Source of the DNA: a virus
Taxonomy: Duplodnaviria; Caudoviricetes
Length of the DNA stretch: 64,000 nucleotides
Direction: 5' to 3' (one strand)
IMG/VR virus record: IMGVR_UViG_3300028591_000139
Coordinates: 1 to 64,000 of that record
Part shown: in pieces, positions 39,501-49,298 of the stretch
Layout of the letters: each line of letters begins with the position of its first letter
How positions within the stretch are numbered: position 1 is the first letter of the stretch
Translations under genes and position numbers: made by a program
Notes under the pieces: generated by a model
What the model was told of the DNA's origin: nothing
The model's input: only the letters and a program-made list of their open reading frames with translations
Database searches by the model: none

Positions 39501-40009
39501 TTGCAAGTATCGCCGCTTCTTTTTATTTCTCCAACTTCATAAACAAGCATGTCATATCCATCAATTGGGCATTCGCACGACCCTGATGCCGCATCAAATT
39601 TATGATATTTCTCATAGTGTGCTCTGGAGCGAAGGACGGCAACCACCATATTTTTATCATTCTTCAATCTTACGGTCACTGCCCATGCAGGACCTGCTTT
39701 ATAGCCGCTAAGTCCAAGTACGCGAACAACTTCAAGCTGTTTTGATTCAGACAGATAAGATTTTGCGATATAAGGCAACTCATATTTAGGATATTGACTT
39801 CCTTTAAATTTTTCTGTACTAGTTCCACCAAATACATCAGCAAACTGGCGCCAATCTTCTATGTGCATTGGTTGAAAAGCAGGGCCACGCAATGTTTCTC
39901 CTGCCAAACCAAGTGTAGTAATTCCAAGACTTTTTACTGCGTAAGTTAATTCATTTTCAGCAGTATATACGCCAGGGCTAACATGGATTCCTCTAACATT
40001 ATTTGCCAT
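36593..40009 (-). CDS. Contractile tail sheath protein (gp18-like)
   Basis: HVSPGVY, GETLRGP, INVLATPG, YYPW, PWYAPAG, RINPV, IWGQKNLQ, NRIAVRRLL, KPYNALEY. Confidence 0.95.
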   Translation of the reverse strand: MANNVRGIHVSPGVYTAENELTYAVKSLGITTLGLAGETLRGPAFQPMHIEDWRQFADVFGGTSTEKFKGSQYPKYELPYIAKSYLSESKQLEVVRVLGLSGYKAGPAWAVTVRLKNDKNMVVAVLRSRAHYEKYHKFDAASGSCECPIDGYDMLVYEVGEIKRSGDTCNVVGYNNVVRLKPYNPLYATGNDCDDYKINGGSAYTEEGLVSLVSATDYGKFTIYGLKGYQEKDVDFNEDSYSNDELKDYFFEYPVSLNPYDKDYILKVLGTDPNNGDAPLYVESLYDVALSQAITESGDTKAIGINSGLTFYNVYDPSDYCGLKPVNGLLKMQEDFLSRKNLGQRYLADRNTVETGQTKNDPTIYAHPYDYETNTPMVFGETGTTGYPANPIEDDKTGLVKVAIDNSLLGQVFTVRQYTDSKGKRHFFYAYYPEANVIEWSKKPGNENVDLVPIVDKLVDGKPTNKQYIVNTGGTAHTEDSSTRLVMVKNEADGLYYKIKEDKSDCVFITCDLNNYASAYRYASTPWIVSNLKGDYDHIELNKLFRFHTISDGNNSNYEIKISIENILPDAGTFDVVVRDINDTDEYVTILEKFSKCTLIPGDNNYIAFKIGSFDGIYESKSKFITVEVAEGDSVQNSAPAGFLGYPMVAYDGVQIQSGNTENVIAPFIKYNLNYNEETKDRKQYFGLSTRVGVDVDLFTYKGKAAYINIPEMLTQGFHLDSRLDPQNYNQHTPRITVDGVSGYKFDAVSVNNRTAMLTDIPVIGKEESMIGSIYEHVSLRKFTVYFYGGFDGWDVFRDQRSNTDDFKMSLYRGTYDNNSGEGRNFNRIENPEALGLNQNGITSDWYAYLAAYRQFANPEAIDINVLATPGIDYVNNTQLVNEVIDMVEEERADSIYVVTTPDKPSGAADFVDEMYTPQEVVENLEYTEIDSNYTCTYYPWVKYLDQENSQYIYLPATKDVVRNFAATDNTTYPWYAPAGVSIRGKVDCVRAHYITKLADEDTLYDGRINPVKTFATDGVKIWGQKNLQVRESQLNRIAVRRLLLRMRKLIAIACRSLIFEPNDAVTKNMFLTAVTPIMDNIRANRGISDYRIEVNDSVESRDRRELPATIYFKPYNALEYVLLTFTLTPEGVNFNDI

Positions 40010-40174
40010 AATTATTTAATTTAATAATTTATTTTTTTATTATTTTTCTTTATGTTTGGTACATTTTTTATATAAATATTTAGCAGAAATTAAAAGTATA
40101 AATATATATAAAATTATTTTTACGCCTTTAACAAAAAATAACATATTTCATTTGTTTATCATGTGTTTTTTTTG

Positions 40175-40182
40175 TATATTTG
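40175..40182 (+). promoter_or_regulatory. Bacteroidota-type promoter (-33 TTTG near 40151, -7 TATATTTG)
   Basis: Both boxes present with about 20-nt spacing upstream of ATG 40211. Confidence 0.65.
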
Positions 40183-40210
40183 CGTAAAAACTAATTTTAT
40201 TTATTAAAGA

Positions 40211-41308
40211 ATGTTAAGCGAAAGTATAAAAAAGAAGATTATTGATGTCGCAAGTGACATGAAGATAGATTCTTACGAGGGTCTCACCAAAGCAAGTCTA
40301 TTTGCGTATTTATTTAATGAATTAGGCTATTTATATGTCATTAATAAGGCTGACAATGGTTATTCTATTGATTTAAGGGGTGACGATGAACCATTATTGG
40401 CAGAAAAAAGCAAAATCATTGATTATTCGCCGACAATAAAAAATTTATTGAAAGCATTTGATGGCATTGCGTTTCAACAGCATTCATCTTATATTTATAT
40501 TATAGGTGAAAAAATAATTTTGAAAGTATTTTCTGAAAAAAATGGAAATGAGATTTCAGTTGATACAATTGAGATTGCCACAAATCTTGAAAATCTTGAA
40601 GAAATAAAGGAAAAGATAGTCTCTTCCTTTGTTATTAAAGAAGTGATTAATGATGAAAACAGTTATAGAATTGCATATCGTGGTCAATATTCAATAGATA
40701 CAACAGTTTGCAAGTTTGATGATTGGAAAAGTAACATAAAGGACAATTATAACGATAACGTACCTTATGACAAGATAAATAAGATTATACGTTCAGATAA
40801 GTCAGGCTTGATAATGTTCTACGGTATACCTGGTACCGGCAAAACGTCATTGGTCAAATCATTAATAAATGATAATAGGGACACCAATTTCATTTTTGTT
40901 GACACATCTGTATGCGAATCAATAAGTGATGGCCTATTTTTGGAGTTCTTAAAGGACAATAAAAATTCAGTTATAGTATTTGAGGACTGTGAAAAGTTAT
41001 TGGCAAGCAGGGATGAAAATGGAAATGAATCGTTGGGAACTATTCTAAACCTTACCGATGGCATTATTGCAGAATCAATGAAAATAAAGTTCATCTGCAC
41101 ATTTAATTGCCCATTGGAAATGGTTGACAAGGCGTTACTGCGAAAGGGAAGGCTATCTTTAAAATATGAATTTGATAAACTATCTCTTGAAAAAACAAAA
41201 GCAATTTATCCAGAGGCGACAGAGCCATTGACATTGGCTGACGCACATAACGCATATGAAAATAATGATTATTCAGAAAAGAAAAAAAGAAAGATAGGCT
41301 TCGTATAA
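40211..41308 (+). CDS. AAA+ ATPase
   Basis: GIPGTGKT, VFEDCE, ILNLTDG, DKALLRKGRL, C-terminal KIGF. Confidence 0.85.
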   Translation: MLSESIKKKIIDVASDMKIDSYEGLTKASLFAYLFNELGYLYVINKADNGYSIDLRGDDEPLLAEKSKIIDYSPTIKNLLKAFDGIAFQQHSSYIYIIGEKIILKVFSEKNGNEISVDTIEIATNLENLEEIKEKIVSSFVIKEVINDENSYRIAYRGQYSIDTTVCKFDDWKSNIKDNYNDNVPYDKINKIIRSDKSGLIMFYGIPGTGKTSLVKSLINDNRDTNFIFVDTSVCESISDGLFLEFLKDNKNSVIVFEDCEKLLASRDENGNESLGTILNLTDGIIAESMKIKFICTFNCPLEMVDKALLRKGRLSLKYEFDKLSLEKTKAIYPEATEPLTLADAHNAYENNDYSEKKKRKIGFV

Positions 41309-41327
41309 AGAGCCTATCTTTCTTTTT
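41284..41327. terminator. 17-bp perfect inverted repeat, probable bidirectional terminator
   Basis: AAAAAGAAAGATAGGCT (41284-41300) / AGCCTATCTTTCTTTTT (41311-41327), spanning both stop codons. Confidence 0.7.
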
Positions 41328-41691
41328 CTACTATTTTTAGTTTTATATTGTTCAAAAACGATATATATTTACTGGTGTCGATGTTTATATTGTTGTTAAT
41401 TAACTTATTTCTATATTCAGTTAATTTGCGTTTATAAGTGTCTGCATCAGTTTTATCTATTTTTTCTCCATATTCAATTTGCGTTTTAAAGAATATATCA
41501 GTAATTTTACCAATTTCTTCCAAATATTGATTACTGGTAATTAATTCATCTAACGAATACTCAAATTTATATTTTGAATTTAATTTAAGTAATTCATCTT
41601 CTATATCAATTAATTCTTTTATTGTAGTCATCGAAAAACAGTTTAAAAGCAGTTTATTTAATGTATACATCTTCTTCTCTTGATGGCTCAT
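41314..41691 (-). CDS. Hypothetical protein (true start probably near MTTIKE)
   Basis: ORF track; helical ORF downstream of the gp15-like gene. Confidence 0.5.
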   Translation of the reverse strand: MSHQEKKMYTLNKLLLNCFSMTTIKELIDIEDELLKLNSKYKFEYSLDELITSNQYLEEIGKITDIFFKTQIEYGEKIDKTDADTYKRKLTEYRNKLINNNINIDTSKYISFLNNIKLKIVEKER

Positions 41692-42922
41692 CTAATTGAG
41701 ACTCATAATCTATTCTTGTGTCAATAACAGTTTCGGGGTCGCTGCCCACTATAATTATTGATGAATCTTTATATTCATCTTTTCTTGTTATAATTATTTC
41801 TACTTTATCATCAACGTTTAATTTAACTTCATTTTCAAAGTTTTGAGCCTCATCGTTGATTTTGATTACGAAATCATTAACATTATTTGTTTCTATTGTT
41901 TCAACATCAATAACTGTATCTATTATAAATGTTACCGAGCGTTCTTCGCAATATGGAAATTCAACTATTAACTTAATTATTTTATTTACATAGTAATTAT
42001 CTTTTTTATTGCAGCATTCCGGAATTTCTTCTTCTATTTTCACTATTGGTTTTTTTGGCTTTTGTGCGTCAACCATGTTTAATGATGGGTCGCACGCATC
42101 AAATCCCCTGTTCATACCATAAAAATCAAGCCAATTTTTGTTGTTTATTTTCTTATCTTTGCCTTTATTCTCATTCACAACGGTTCTAACTTTAAAACGT
42201 GAAGGCACTTTTGTTACTTTAAAGTCTTCTTTTCTTATAATATACCCCATCAGCTTTATTACATATGATTGAGCATAATATTTTCTATCGTCTATGCTAT
42301 ATTCAGATTCGTCATTTACGCTCTCTATCACCATTGGCATGGGATGATTATTTGGCCATAAATAGCACTCTAATGCGTTAAATTCGTGCTGCATTAATTC
42401 AGCAAATTTATTTAATAACTCATATTTGTTGCATATAATAGACACCGTATACATAAAATTAACAGATAGCGGCTGTTTCATCGTATATAAATCATATGCC
42501 TCTTCGCCATTTTCCTGAAGAACGGGAACACAGAACATAGGATAATCTCTATTACCAGGTATATTATATGAACTACCTTGGCTATCTCCATGTTGGGGGT
42601 TATTTTCCCTCGTAATAGTTTTAAAGTTCATTATAAGATTACCGGCATCATCAAGATTATTCCATGTTTGAGAATATTCGCTTAATTTTTGATTGCTAAA
42701 TAACTTATATGTTGATAAACGCTTTCCATCATGCGTTATTTCTAATTTTTTATCAACCCATTCATAAAAAGCATTATCAATATCCTCAAATTCAACAGGC
42801 TTGGGAAAAAATGTCTGATTTTCTAACATTATTTTAGACAAATTTCTCCTACGCTCAACTCCAACGGCATGTCTTCTATGGCGTAAAACGTCCATATATG
42901 GTTTTGGCTGAATTAAACTCAT
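41654..42922 (-). CDS. Tail completion/sheath-stabiliser protein, T4 gp15-like
   Basis: FEDIDNAFYEWV, QPLSVNFMYTVSI, DDRKYYAQSYVIKLMGY; position between neck and sheath genes. Confidence 0.55.
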   Translation of the reverse strand: MSLIQPKPYMDVLRHRRHAVGVERRRNLSKIMLENQTFFPKPVEFEDIDNAFYEWVDKKLEITHDGKRLSTYKLFSNQKLSEYSQTWNNLDDAGNLIMNFKTITRENNPQHGDSQGSSYNIPGNRDYPMFCVPVLQENGEEAYDLYTMKQPLSVNFMYTVSIICNKYELLNKFAELMQHEFNALECYLWPNNHPMPMVIESVNDESEYSIDDRKYYAQSYVIKLMGYIIRKEDFKVTKVPSRFKVRTVVNENKGKDKKINNKNWLDFYGMNRGFDACDPSLNMVDAQKPKKPIVKIEEEIPECCNKKDNYYVNKIIKLIVEFPYCEERSVTFIIDTVIDVETIETNNVNDFVIKINDEAQNFENEVKLNVDDKVEIIITRKDEYKDSSIIIVGSDPETVIDTRIDYESQLDEPSREEDVYIK

Positions 42923-43003
42923 TATTTAACTTTTTTTAACTGTGAAAATTTGCTTATTTTAATATAAATATGTATTTTTGCACAAAATAAAATAAATAGT
43001 TTT

Positions 43004-43240
43004 ATGAAATTATCAAATAAAAAGTTTCAAATATTATGCCAAGATAACCCTCAATCAATGGCAGATAAATTAAATGAAAGCATTGTATATGTGTTTTTTG
43101 AAGATAAGTTCTATACAGAATCACAATATAGGGCTTTATGCGAAAAAACAAAATTGGCATATGATAATGAATATACTGAAGAGGATTGGATAAAGGCAAA
43201 GTCAAATGACACGTTAACATGGTTCTATCCAAAAAAATAA
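43004..43240 (+). CDS. Hypothetical protein
   Basis: 78 aa; TATTTTTG box at 42973-42980 and a terminator immediately downstream. Confidence 0.6.
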   Translation: MKLSNKKFQILCQDNPQSMADKLNESIVYVFFEDKFYTESQYRALCEKTKLAYDNEYTEEDWIKAKSNDTLTWFYPKK

Positions 43241-43260
43241 GGCGGATAATATTCCGCCTT
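43239..43260. terminator. Bidirectional terminator
   Basis: AAGGCGGA/TCCGCCTT stem between convergent stops. Confidence 0.7.
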
Positions 43261-45056
43261 TAATAATTTGTAAATCTTCCATCTGGATTAGGTTTATTAA
43301 CCATAACACCTGGGCCTAAATTATATTTTGAATCCATTTCCCCAAATGTTATTGGTATTATATATCTTATGCCCAATTTTTTAGCATTATAGCATATATC
43401 TGATAACGTTGCACCACCACTTATATTATCGTCAAATATTACAAAAACAGTAGCCTTAATTTTTTCTATTTCTTTATTAACATAATCCATATTTGGCGAA
43501 AAATAATCCATCATTCCCATTCTTATATCGTTGCTAAGATTTTTTATTTGAAAATCATCCTGTTGTAATCTATGCATGGGTATTGGCTTTTGACCAGTGC
43601 CACGGAAAAATGGCTTAACTATTTTCCATATATTTTCAGTATTCCGTATTTCTGATGGCGTTTTTGTTCCCTTTAGTTTTTCAAACGTTTTATGCATTTT
43701 ACCGCCGCTATAATACAGGCAATTATCTATTTCGGCAAGAATGTCTGAAAGCTCTTTGTAAAATTTCGCTAAAGCTTCGGGAAATCTATCTCCATATTTT
43801 TTCCTGTTTATAGCATAGCATCTATATAATCTATCAAATGTATAGTTATATTGGTCAATTAATTTTTTTATTTTGCCAATTTGATTTATTTTAGATACGG
43901 TATTATTAACAAAATCCCTATGCGTTTGATTGTTACTTCCATTTGTTAACATTTTGCTGTCAAAATATGAGGAATTCTTTCTCATAAAATCATCATCAGC
44001 TTTAATGCTTTCCATGTCCTTATTAAATAAAGAGCTATCTATTGCTATAGTTGGTAAATTGGCGAATTTAACTTTTCCTGCCAACTGCTTAACCATGGTT
44101 ACGTTAAAATTACTACTACTAGGTACAGGATAAATAGATACACCCCTGAAATTTTCAACCACGCCCATTTTTCTAATAGCATATGTCACAACATTGTTAA
44201 CCTTTTCGCAAAATTGATTTATAAAATCCCTATATTCAGAATCTTGCATCATAAGCTCATATGATTCTTTAACACCATCTCCGTCGAGGTCTAAATTCAT
44301 TTTAGCAAACTTATTCTTAAAATAATGCATAATTTCAGTACCCCTAATTGATGTAATATTATATGAGTCTATCCCACCCTTTAATGGCACAATAAAAGTA
44401 TCAGAATTATTTTGGTCCATTTTACCTGTATTTAATAATTCTTGTGGATTAAGCTGCCCTTTATTTTTTGTATGACCATTGGAAGTTCTTTTATCATAAG
44501 TTAATTGAAGCTTATTTTTACCAACCTTTTTATTAGCAAAAACATCTTCATTAACAAATAGCCTTTTAAACTGCCCCTCACTCAGTTTAATATTTTTTTT
44601 AAAATTAATCTCAAATAAATTTAATTTATCTTCAGAAATTCTAACTATCTTTTTATTTTCATTTGTATTATATAACTCATTCTCATCAGCACCAAATACG
44701 CCATCATTGGCCAATAATTCTCTAGAAGCAACACCCATATCACTTCTTCCATAATTCATATTGCTATTATCAATTTCGTCTTCAGATTGACGTTCTTTGG
44801 AATTCGCCTCCAAATTATCGGCAATATTCCTCAAATCGAATATATGCCTATCAATACAATCACAAGCATTCTTCTTATTAAAATAAGCCTTTCCTCCCCT
44901 TCTCGTCTTTGGCTTGATTCCACACTTATCAAAAAGTACATATATTGCTTGCTCAGTAAAATTACCACTATACCCATGCTGCACCATCTTTTTCACCAAT
45001 TGCGCAGTGGAAATTAAATTTTTAAAACGCCTTGTATTATCTGCCTCGTTTAACAT
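43260..45056 (-). CDS. Protein with a phosphoribosyltransferase-fold domain
   Basis: SIYPVPSSS and PRPP-loop-like VIFDDNISGGATL. Confidence 0.55.
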   Translation of the reverse strand: MLNEADNTRRFKNLISTAQLVKKMVQHGYSGNFTEQAIYVLFDKCGIKPKTRRGGKAYFNKKNACDCIDRHIFDLRNIADNLEANSKERQSEDEIDNSNMNYGRSDMGVASRELLANDGVFGADENELYNTNENKKIVRISEDKLNLFEINFKKNIKLSEGQFKRLFVNEDVFANKKVGKNKLQLTYDKRTSNGHTKNKGQLNPQELLNTGKMDQNNSDTFIVPLKGGIDSYNITSIRGTEIMHYFKNKFAKMNLDLDGDGVKESYELMMQDSEYRDFINQFCEKVNNVVTYAIRKMGVVENFRGVSIYPVPSSSNFNVTMVKQLAGKVKFANLPTIAIDSSLFNKDMESIKADDDFMRKNSSYFDSKMLTNGSNNQTHRDFVNNTVSKINQIGKIKKLIDQYNYTFDRLYRCYAINRKKYGDRFPEALAKFYKELSDILAEIDNCLYYSGGKMHKTFEKLKGTKTPSEIRNTENIWKIVKPFFRGTGQKPIPMHRLQQDDFQIKNLSNDIRMGMMDYFSPNMDYVNKEIEKIKATVFVIFDDNISGGATLSDICYNAKKLGIRYIIPITFGEMDSKYNLGPGVMVNKPNPDGRFTNY

Positions 45057-45082
45057 AAATCGTAAAAAATAACCTATTTTTA

Positions 45083-45622
45083 TTATACCTTAAATTCGCT
45101 CACATCAACACTGTAACATAAAACCTCGTAATAATAGTTTTTTCTACCATACATGGAATGAGCGTTATCATAGTTTTTATTAATCGCAGAAACCGAAAAG
45201 AACTCCATATGCTCCTCATTCACTTGGCATCCAATATAGTCTCCAGGCTTAATTTCTATTCCAAGTTCATCAAGCGTTTCTTTATACACGCCAAATGTAA
45301 GTTTGCCGGTTTTCATATACGTACCTATGTTCTTTGTTTTATCATATGATTTAAGTTCTGGTTCTTCTAACGTATAAACACAATGAAATTCTACTGGTGT
45401 TTTAAATTTGACATTATTTGCTTGTGTTTCTCCATATATATTATTTATATTTGATGACGAAATGTCAACAGAATATAAAACCAAAGTTTGATTCATATCC
45501 TGCTCAATATAATTTTTTCCAACTTCTATATCAAATTCAAATGATTCATCAGAATAAAAAAGATTATTCCTATTTATTGGAACTCTTTTTATATTTTTTG
45601 TATTAAATTGCAAATTGGCCAT
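45083..45622 (-). CDS. Neck/head-closure protein, T4 gp14-like
   Basis: NNIYGE, IKPGDYI, FFSV pattern; structural-module context. Confidence 0.55.
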   Translation of the reverse strand: MANLQFNTKNIKRVPINRNNLFYSDESFEFDIEVGKNYIEQDMNQTLVLYSVDISSSNINNIYGETQANNVKFKTPVEFHCVYTLEEPELKSYDKTKNIGTYMKTGKLTFGVYKETLDELGIEIKPGDYIGCQVNEEHMEFFSVSAINKNYDNAHSMYGRKNYYYEVLCYSVDVSEFKV

Positions 45623-45624
45623 AA

Positions 45625-46314
45625 TTAAAATGTTTTAATATGTTTTCTGTAAAACCTATTATCTACTTCTTCGCTTAAACCGGAATCCAAAATAACAATT
45701 GTTGGCTCTCCATCCCTCTGAGTCAAGCCCCAATTATTTACATCTCTCAAATCTCTTATAGAATGGTCATACGAATAATATAATTCGCGCAAATTGTTAA
45801 ACAAATGCTCAACTTCGTCATTATTTTCATAAATTTTGTACAATTCATGCACCCAGTCTTCGGCACGTTTATTGTACCCGGCCCTTCCACACATGTCAAC
45901 AAATGAAATAAATCTCTGTACATCTGTAAATGGTATTCCATAAAGCTCTTGAAATTCTTCTCCATGCTCTCTAAGCGGCAAAACAAATTCACTTATAATC
46001 CACAAACCATTCTCTTCATCCGTTCCATTCATTACCTTTGGGAAACAGTCTAAATAATTATCGTTACCCAACGTTATTTCTCTTAGATTTTGCTCTACGC
46101 CTCTTATATTTTTTGCTAATTTCAAACAAGCAAAATCATCTATTTGGAACACAGTCCTACTTGAGCCATTACCTATTGGTTTGCCAAGCATTTGTCTACA
46201 GTAATTTAGCCTCTTCGAAAAAGAAGAACAACTGCGCAAATAATCAAGACTAAATCCAGGCATGGCCGCCTCAAATAATCGTTTATGTTGATTTTCAGTT
46301 ATACGAATTTTCAT
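45625..46314 (-). CDS. Protein-kinase-like fold protein
   Basis: IGNGSSRTVF (Gly loop), CLKLA (Lys), QNLRE (alphaC Glu), DLRDVNNWG (catalytic loop), ILDSG (DxG). Confidence 0.65.
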   Translation of the reverse strand: MKIRITENQHKRLFEAAMPGFSLDYLRSCSSFSKRLNYCRQMLGKPIGNGSSRTVFQIDDFACLKLAKNIRGVEQNLREITLGNDNYLDCFPKVMNGTDEENGLWIISEFVLPLREHGEEFQELYGIPFTDVQRFISFVDMCGRAGYNKRAEDWVHELYKIYENNDEVEHLFNNLRELYYSYDHSIRDLRDVNNWGLTQRDGEPTIVILDSGLSEEVDNRFYRKHIKTF

Positions 46315-46418
46315 GCTTATTTTTTTTCCAATTTACAATAAATAGCAAATAAAACGTAAAACTTGACTTTTTAAAAAAAAATCTTATATTTTATATAATA
46401 AAATATAATATATAATGA

Positions 46419-47345
46419 ATGAAAAAAACTAAGTATAATTTTTGGACAAAAGAAGAAAATGTTATCAATGAGGCAAAAAAGTATAGTACGAAAAAAGATT
46501 TTTATACTAACTCTGCTTCTGCTTACTATGCTGCGTTAAAATTGGGCATTTTAAATGATTTTACTTGGTTTACTAAAAAACAAGATTTAACTAAATTACA
46601 GGATTGTATATATGTTTATATATTTGAAAAGCAAAAATGTGTATATGTTGGAAGAACATTATTAGAAAGAGTTAAACAAAGAGATAACGAACATTTTTCA
46701 GAAAATAAAAACGAGCCCACATATAGATTTATTAAAGAAAATAAAATAGAAAGAGTACCATTAAAAATTATTGAAAGTGGCATAACTGTATGCGAAGGCA
46801 TAGAAAGGGAAAAATATTGGGCTTCTTTTTATGAAAAAAATGGTTATAATTTAATAAATTCTGTAAAATGTGGAGGCGTTGGAGCGTTAGAATATAAAAT
46901 TTGGAATAGTAAAAACGTTGAAGAAGAATCCAAAAGATACAAAACTCGCAGTGAGTTTGCTAAAGGCTCTCCATCCGCTTACAAATATGCATTAAAAGAA
47001 AAATTACTACCAAAATTTGTATGGCTTTCAACAAGTATGAAAATGCCATTTGGCTATTGGATAATAAAAGAGAATGTGGTTAAAGAAGCGAAAAAATATA
47101 CATCAAGAACAGAGTTTTATAAAAAATGTTCTCCGGCCTATCGTTCAGCAATAAAGCATAAATGGATTGACGAAATGACTTGGCTTAAATGTGAGAGAAT
47201 GGTCAAACGTGGCTTTTGGAGCTATGAAAATTTAAAAGAAGAATCAAAAAAATACAAAAATAAAAAGGAATTTTTAAAACACAATAAAAGCGCCTATATG
47301 ATTGCTTACAAAAAGGGCTTACTTAATACATTATATAATGAATGA
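46419..47345 (+). CDS. GIY-YIG homing endonuclease with repeated DNA-binding modules
   Basis: CIYVY...VYVGRT, R..EH, EKYW, NLIN; repeats EAKKYxTRxEFxKxSxSAY. Confidence 0.75.
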   Translation: MKKTKYNFWTKEENVINEAKKYSTKKDFYTNSASAYYAALKLGILNDFTWFTKKQDLTKLQDCIYVYIFEKQKCVYVGRTLLERVKQRDNEHFSENKNEPTYRFIKENKIERVPLKIIESGITVCEGIEREKYWASFYEKNGYNLINSVKCGGVGALEYKIWNSKNVEEESKRYKTRSEFAKGSPSAYKYALKEKLLPKFVWLSTSMKMPFGYWIIKENVVKEAKKYTSRTEFYKKCSPAYRSAIKHKWIDEMTWLKCERMVKRGFWSYENLKEESKKYKNKKEFLKHNKSAYMIAYKKGLLNTLYNE

Positions 47346-49296
47346 AAAATTAGAAAGAATAAATAAAGCTTATAAAAGCCTAAAAGAATATTCTGGTGCC
47401 AATCCATACATTATTAACTTGAAAAATATGGTTTATGCCTATAAAACAAGAGGATTAAATGATTTAGAAATAGGCTATATTATCAAAAATATCAATTTTG
47501 AACCAAAAGAAATAAATAAAATCGTTAAAATCGCAGATTGGTACGGGGAAAAACTATATAATGAGTTGGAATTGGATTTTATACCAGAAAAATTGAAAAT
47601 AACATGGTTTCTTGGAGAAACTGATTATGCGTACCATTTTTTCTTTATATATAGAAGGTCACAAGATAAAGCAATAGAAGCGTTTGCGCCAAAAAACGCA
47701 ATATTAACAAACTTTTTAATAGAAGATTATAATAAGTTAGATATAGATTTTACAGATGTTGAGAAAAAAAGCGGCAGAAAAATAATGGAACACCAAAAAG
47801 AAGCCTGCAAGTTCCTAATCTCAAGAAAAAAATGTATTCTTGCCGATGAAATGGGTGGCGGGAAGACATACAGTGCTATTTTGGGGGCATACCTGGGTAA
47901 TTTTGAACATATTCTTATCATTTCCCCATCATCAGTTAAAAAAACGTGGGAAAACGAACTAAAATTACTCATAAACGATGAAGATATTACCATAGTACAA
48001 GGTTCTAAATGGAAAGATGCAAAATATACTATTATAAATTATGATATATTAGATAATTTCTACAAAATACCGACACAAAAAATAAAAAAGAAAGAACTTA
48101 ATGTTGATGACGAAGGAAAAGTAATTACAGAATATAAAGAAAAAGAAATAGTATCGAGAAACCAAAAAATAATAAATGAAGCAATGTCCGAAAGTCAACT
48201 ATTTCAAGCAAAATATGACTTAATTATCATAGACGAGGCTCATAAACTTTCAAATAGTACCTCCGGAAGATTTAAAATATTATCTGACCTCATCAAAAGA
48301 AGCAATCCAAAAGGAATATTTGAATTAACCGGTACAATGATAACAAATAATTCAAATAATTTATATAACTTGCTTAAAATTATTGATGTTCCCATTACAA
48401 AAGATTGGAAATATTATATGACAAGATACTGTGGGGCTAAAATCTTCTACAAGAAAAATGAAAGAAACGCTTATACTGCACTATTCTGCAAATCTGTTGG
48501 AAAAAAAGAATGGATGGATTTAACATATGATGAAAAACAGGAGTTGAACGAAGTTCTTGAGAAAAAATGCAAGAAAATATGTATCCCAGGAGAAGACACT
48601 AACATGGAAGAGTTGCAAGAAATCATAAAACCTTACTATTTAAGACGATTAAAAGAAGATTTTGTTAAAATGGTAAAAAAAGATATAAGATGCTTGCACT
48701 ACGAAATGACAGAAGAAGAAAAAGAATCTTATAACGAAGTGTGGGAACAATATCTGGCACTACAAGAAGATAAAGAAAAAACAGAAAAAAATAAAAAACT
48801 TATAGAAACATCATTAATGAGACAGTGGCTCGCAAATAAAATGATACCAAAAACAATAGAATTAGTGAAAAAATCTATAAGTCTGGGACATAAAATTATT
48901 ATATTTTGCGCATATGATAACGAAATAGATAAGTTTAGAGAAGAATTTGGCGATATTTGCGTATACCATAACGGAAAACAAACAGAAAAAAAGAAAAATG
49001 AAGCCGTCGAAAAATTTCAAAATGATGACTCAATAAAAGTGTTTATCGGAAATATAATTTCAGCAGGAGTGGGATTAACATTGATAGCTGCGGACATTAT
49101 CGTGTTTAATAATTTTAGTTTTGTCCCAAGCGATAATGTACAAGCTGAAGACAGATGCCATCGCATAGGGCAAACAAAGCCTTGCACAATTTATTATCAA
49201 TCGTTCAATGGAACGTATTATGATAAAATGTTGGAGATTGTTCACAACAAGGAAGAGGTTATAGATAAGATAATCATTACGGAAAAAGAAAAATAA
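47338..49296 (+). CDS. SNF2-family helicase/ATPase (start re-set to ATG 47338)
   Basis: LADEMGGGKT, IIDEAH, LTGT, YLRRLK, GVGLTL, QAEDRCHRIGQ. Confidence 0.9.
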   Translation: MNEKLERINKAYKSLKEYSGANPYIINLKNMVYAYKTRGLNDLEIGYIIKNINFEPKEINKIVKIADWYGEKLYNELELDFIPEKLKITWFLGETDYAYHFFFIYRRSQDKAIEAFAPKNAILTNFLIEDYNKLDIDFTDVEKKSGRKIMEHQKEACKFLISRKKCILADEMGGGKTYSAILGAYLGNFEHILIISPSSVKKTWENELKLLINDEDITIVQGSKWKDAKYTIINYDILDNFYKIPTQKIKKKELNVDDEGKVITEYKEKEIVSRNQKIINEAMSESQLFQAKYDLIIIDEAHKLSNSTSGRFKILSDLIKRSNPKGIFELTGTMITNNSNNLYNLLKIIDVPITKDWKYYMTRYCGAKIFYKKNERNAYTALFCKSVGKKEWMDLTYDEKQELNEVLEKKCKKICIPGEDTNMEELQEIIKPYYLRRLKEDFVKMVKKDIRCLHYEMTEEEKESYNEVWEQYLALQEDKEKTEKNKKLIETSLMRQWLANKMIPKTIELVKKSISLGHKIIIFCAYDNEIDKFREEFGDICVYHNGKQTEKKKNEAVEKFQNDDSIKVFIGNIISAGVGLTLIAADIIVFNNFSFVPSDNVQAEDRCHRIGQTKPCTIYYQSFNGTYYDKMLEIVHNKEEVIDKIIITEKEK

Positions 49297-49298
49297 CA

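Noticed and set aside
47338-49296. Inteins in the SNF2 helicase (or in uvsX)
   Set aside because: Motif spacing is continuous and no intein block A/B/F/G signatures are visible.
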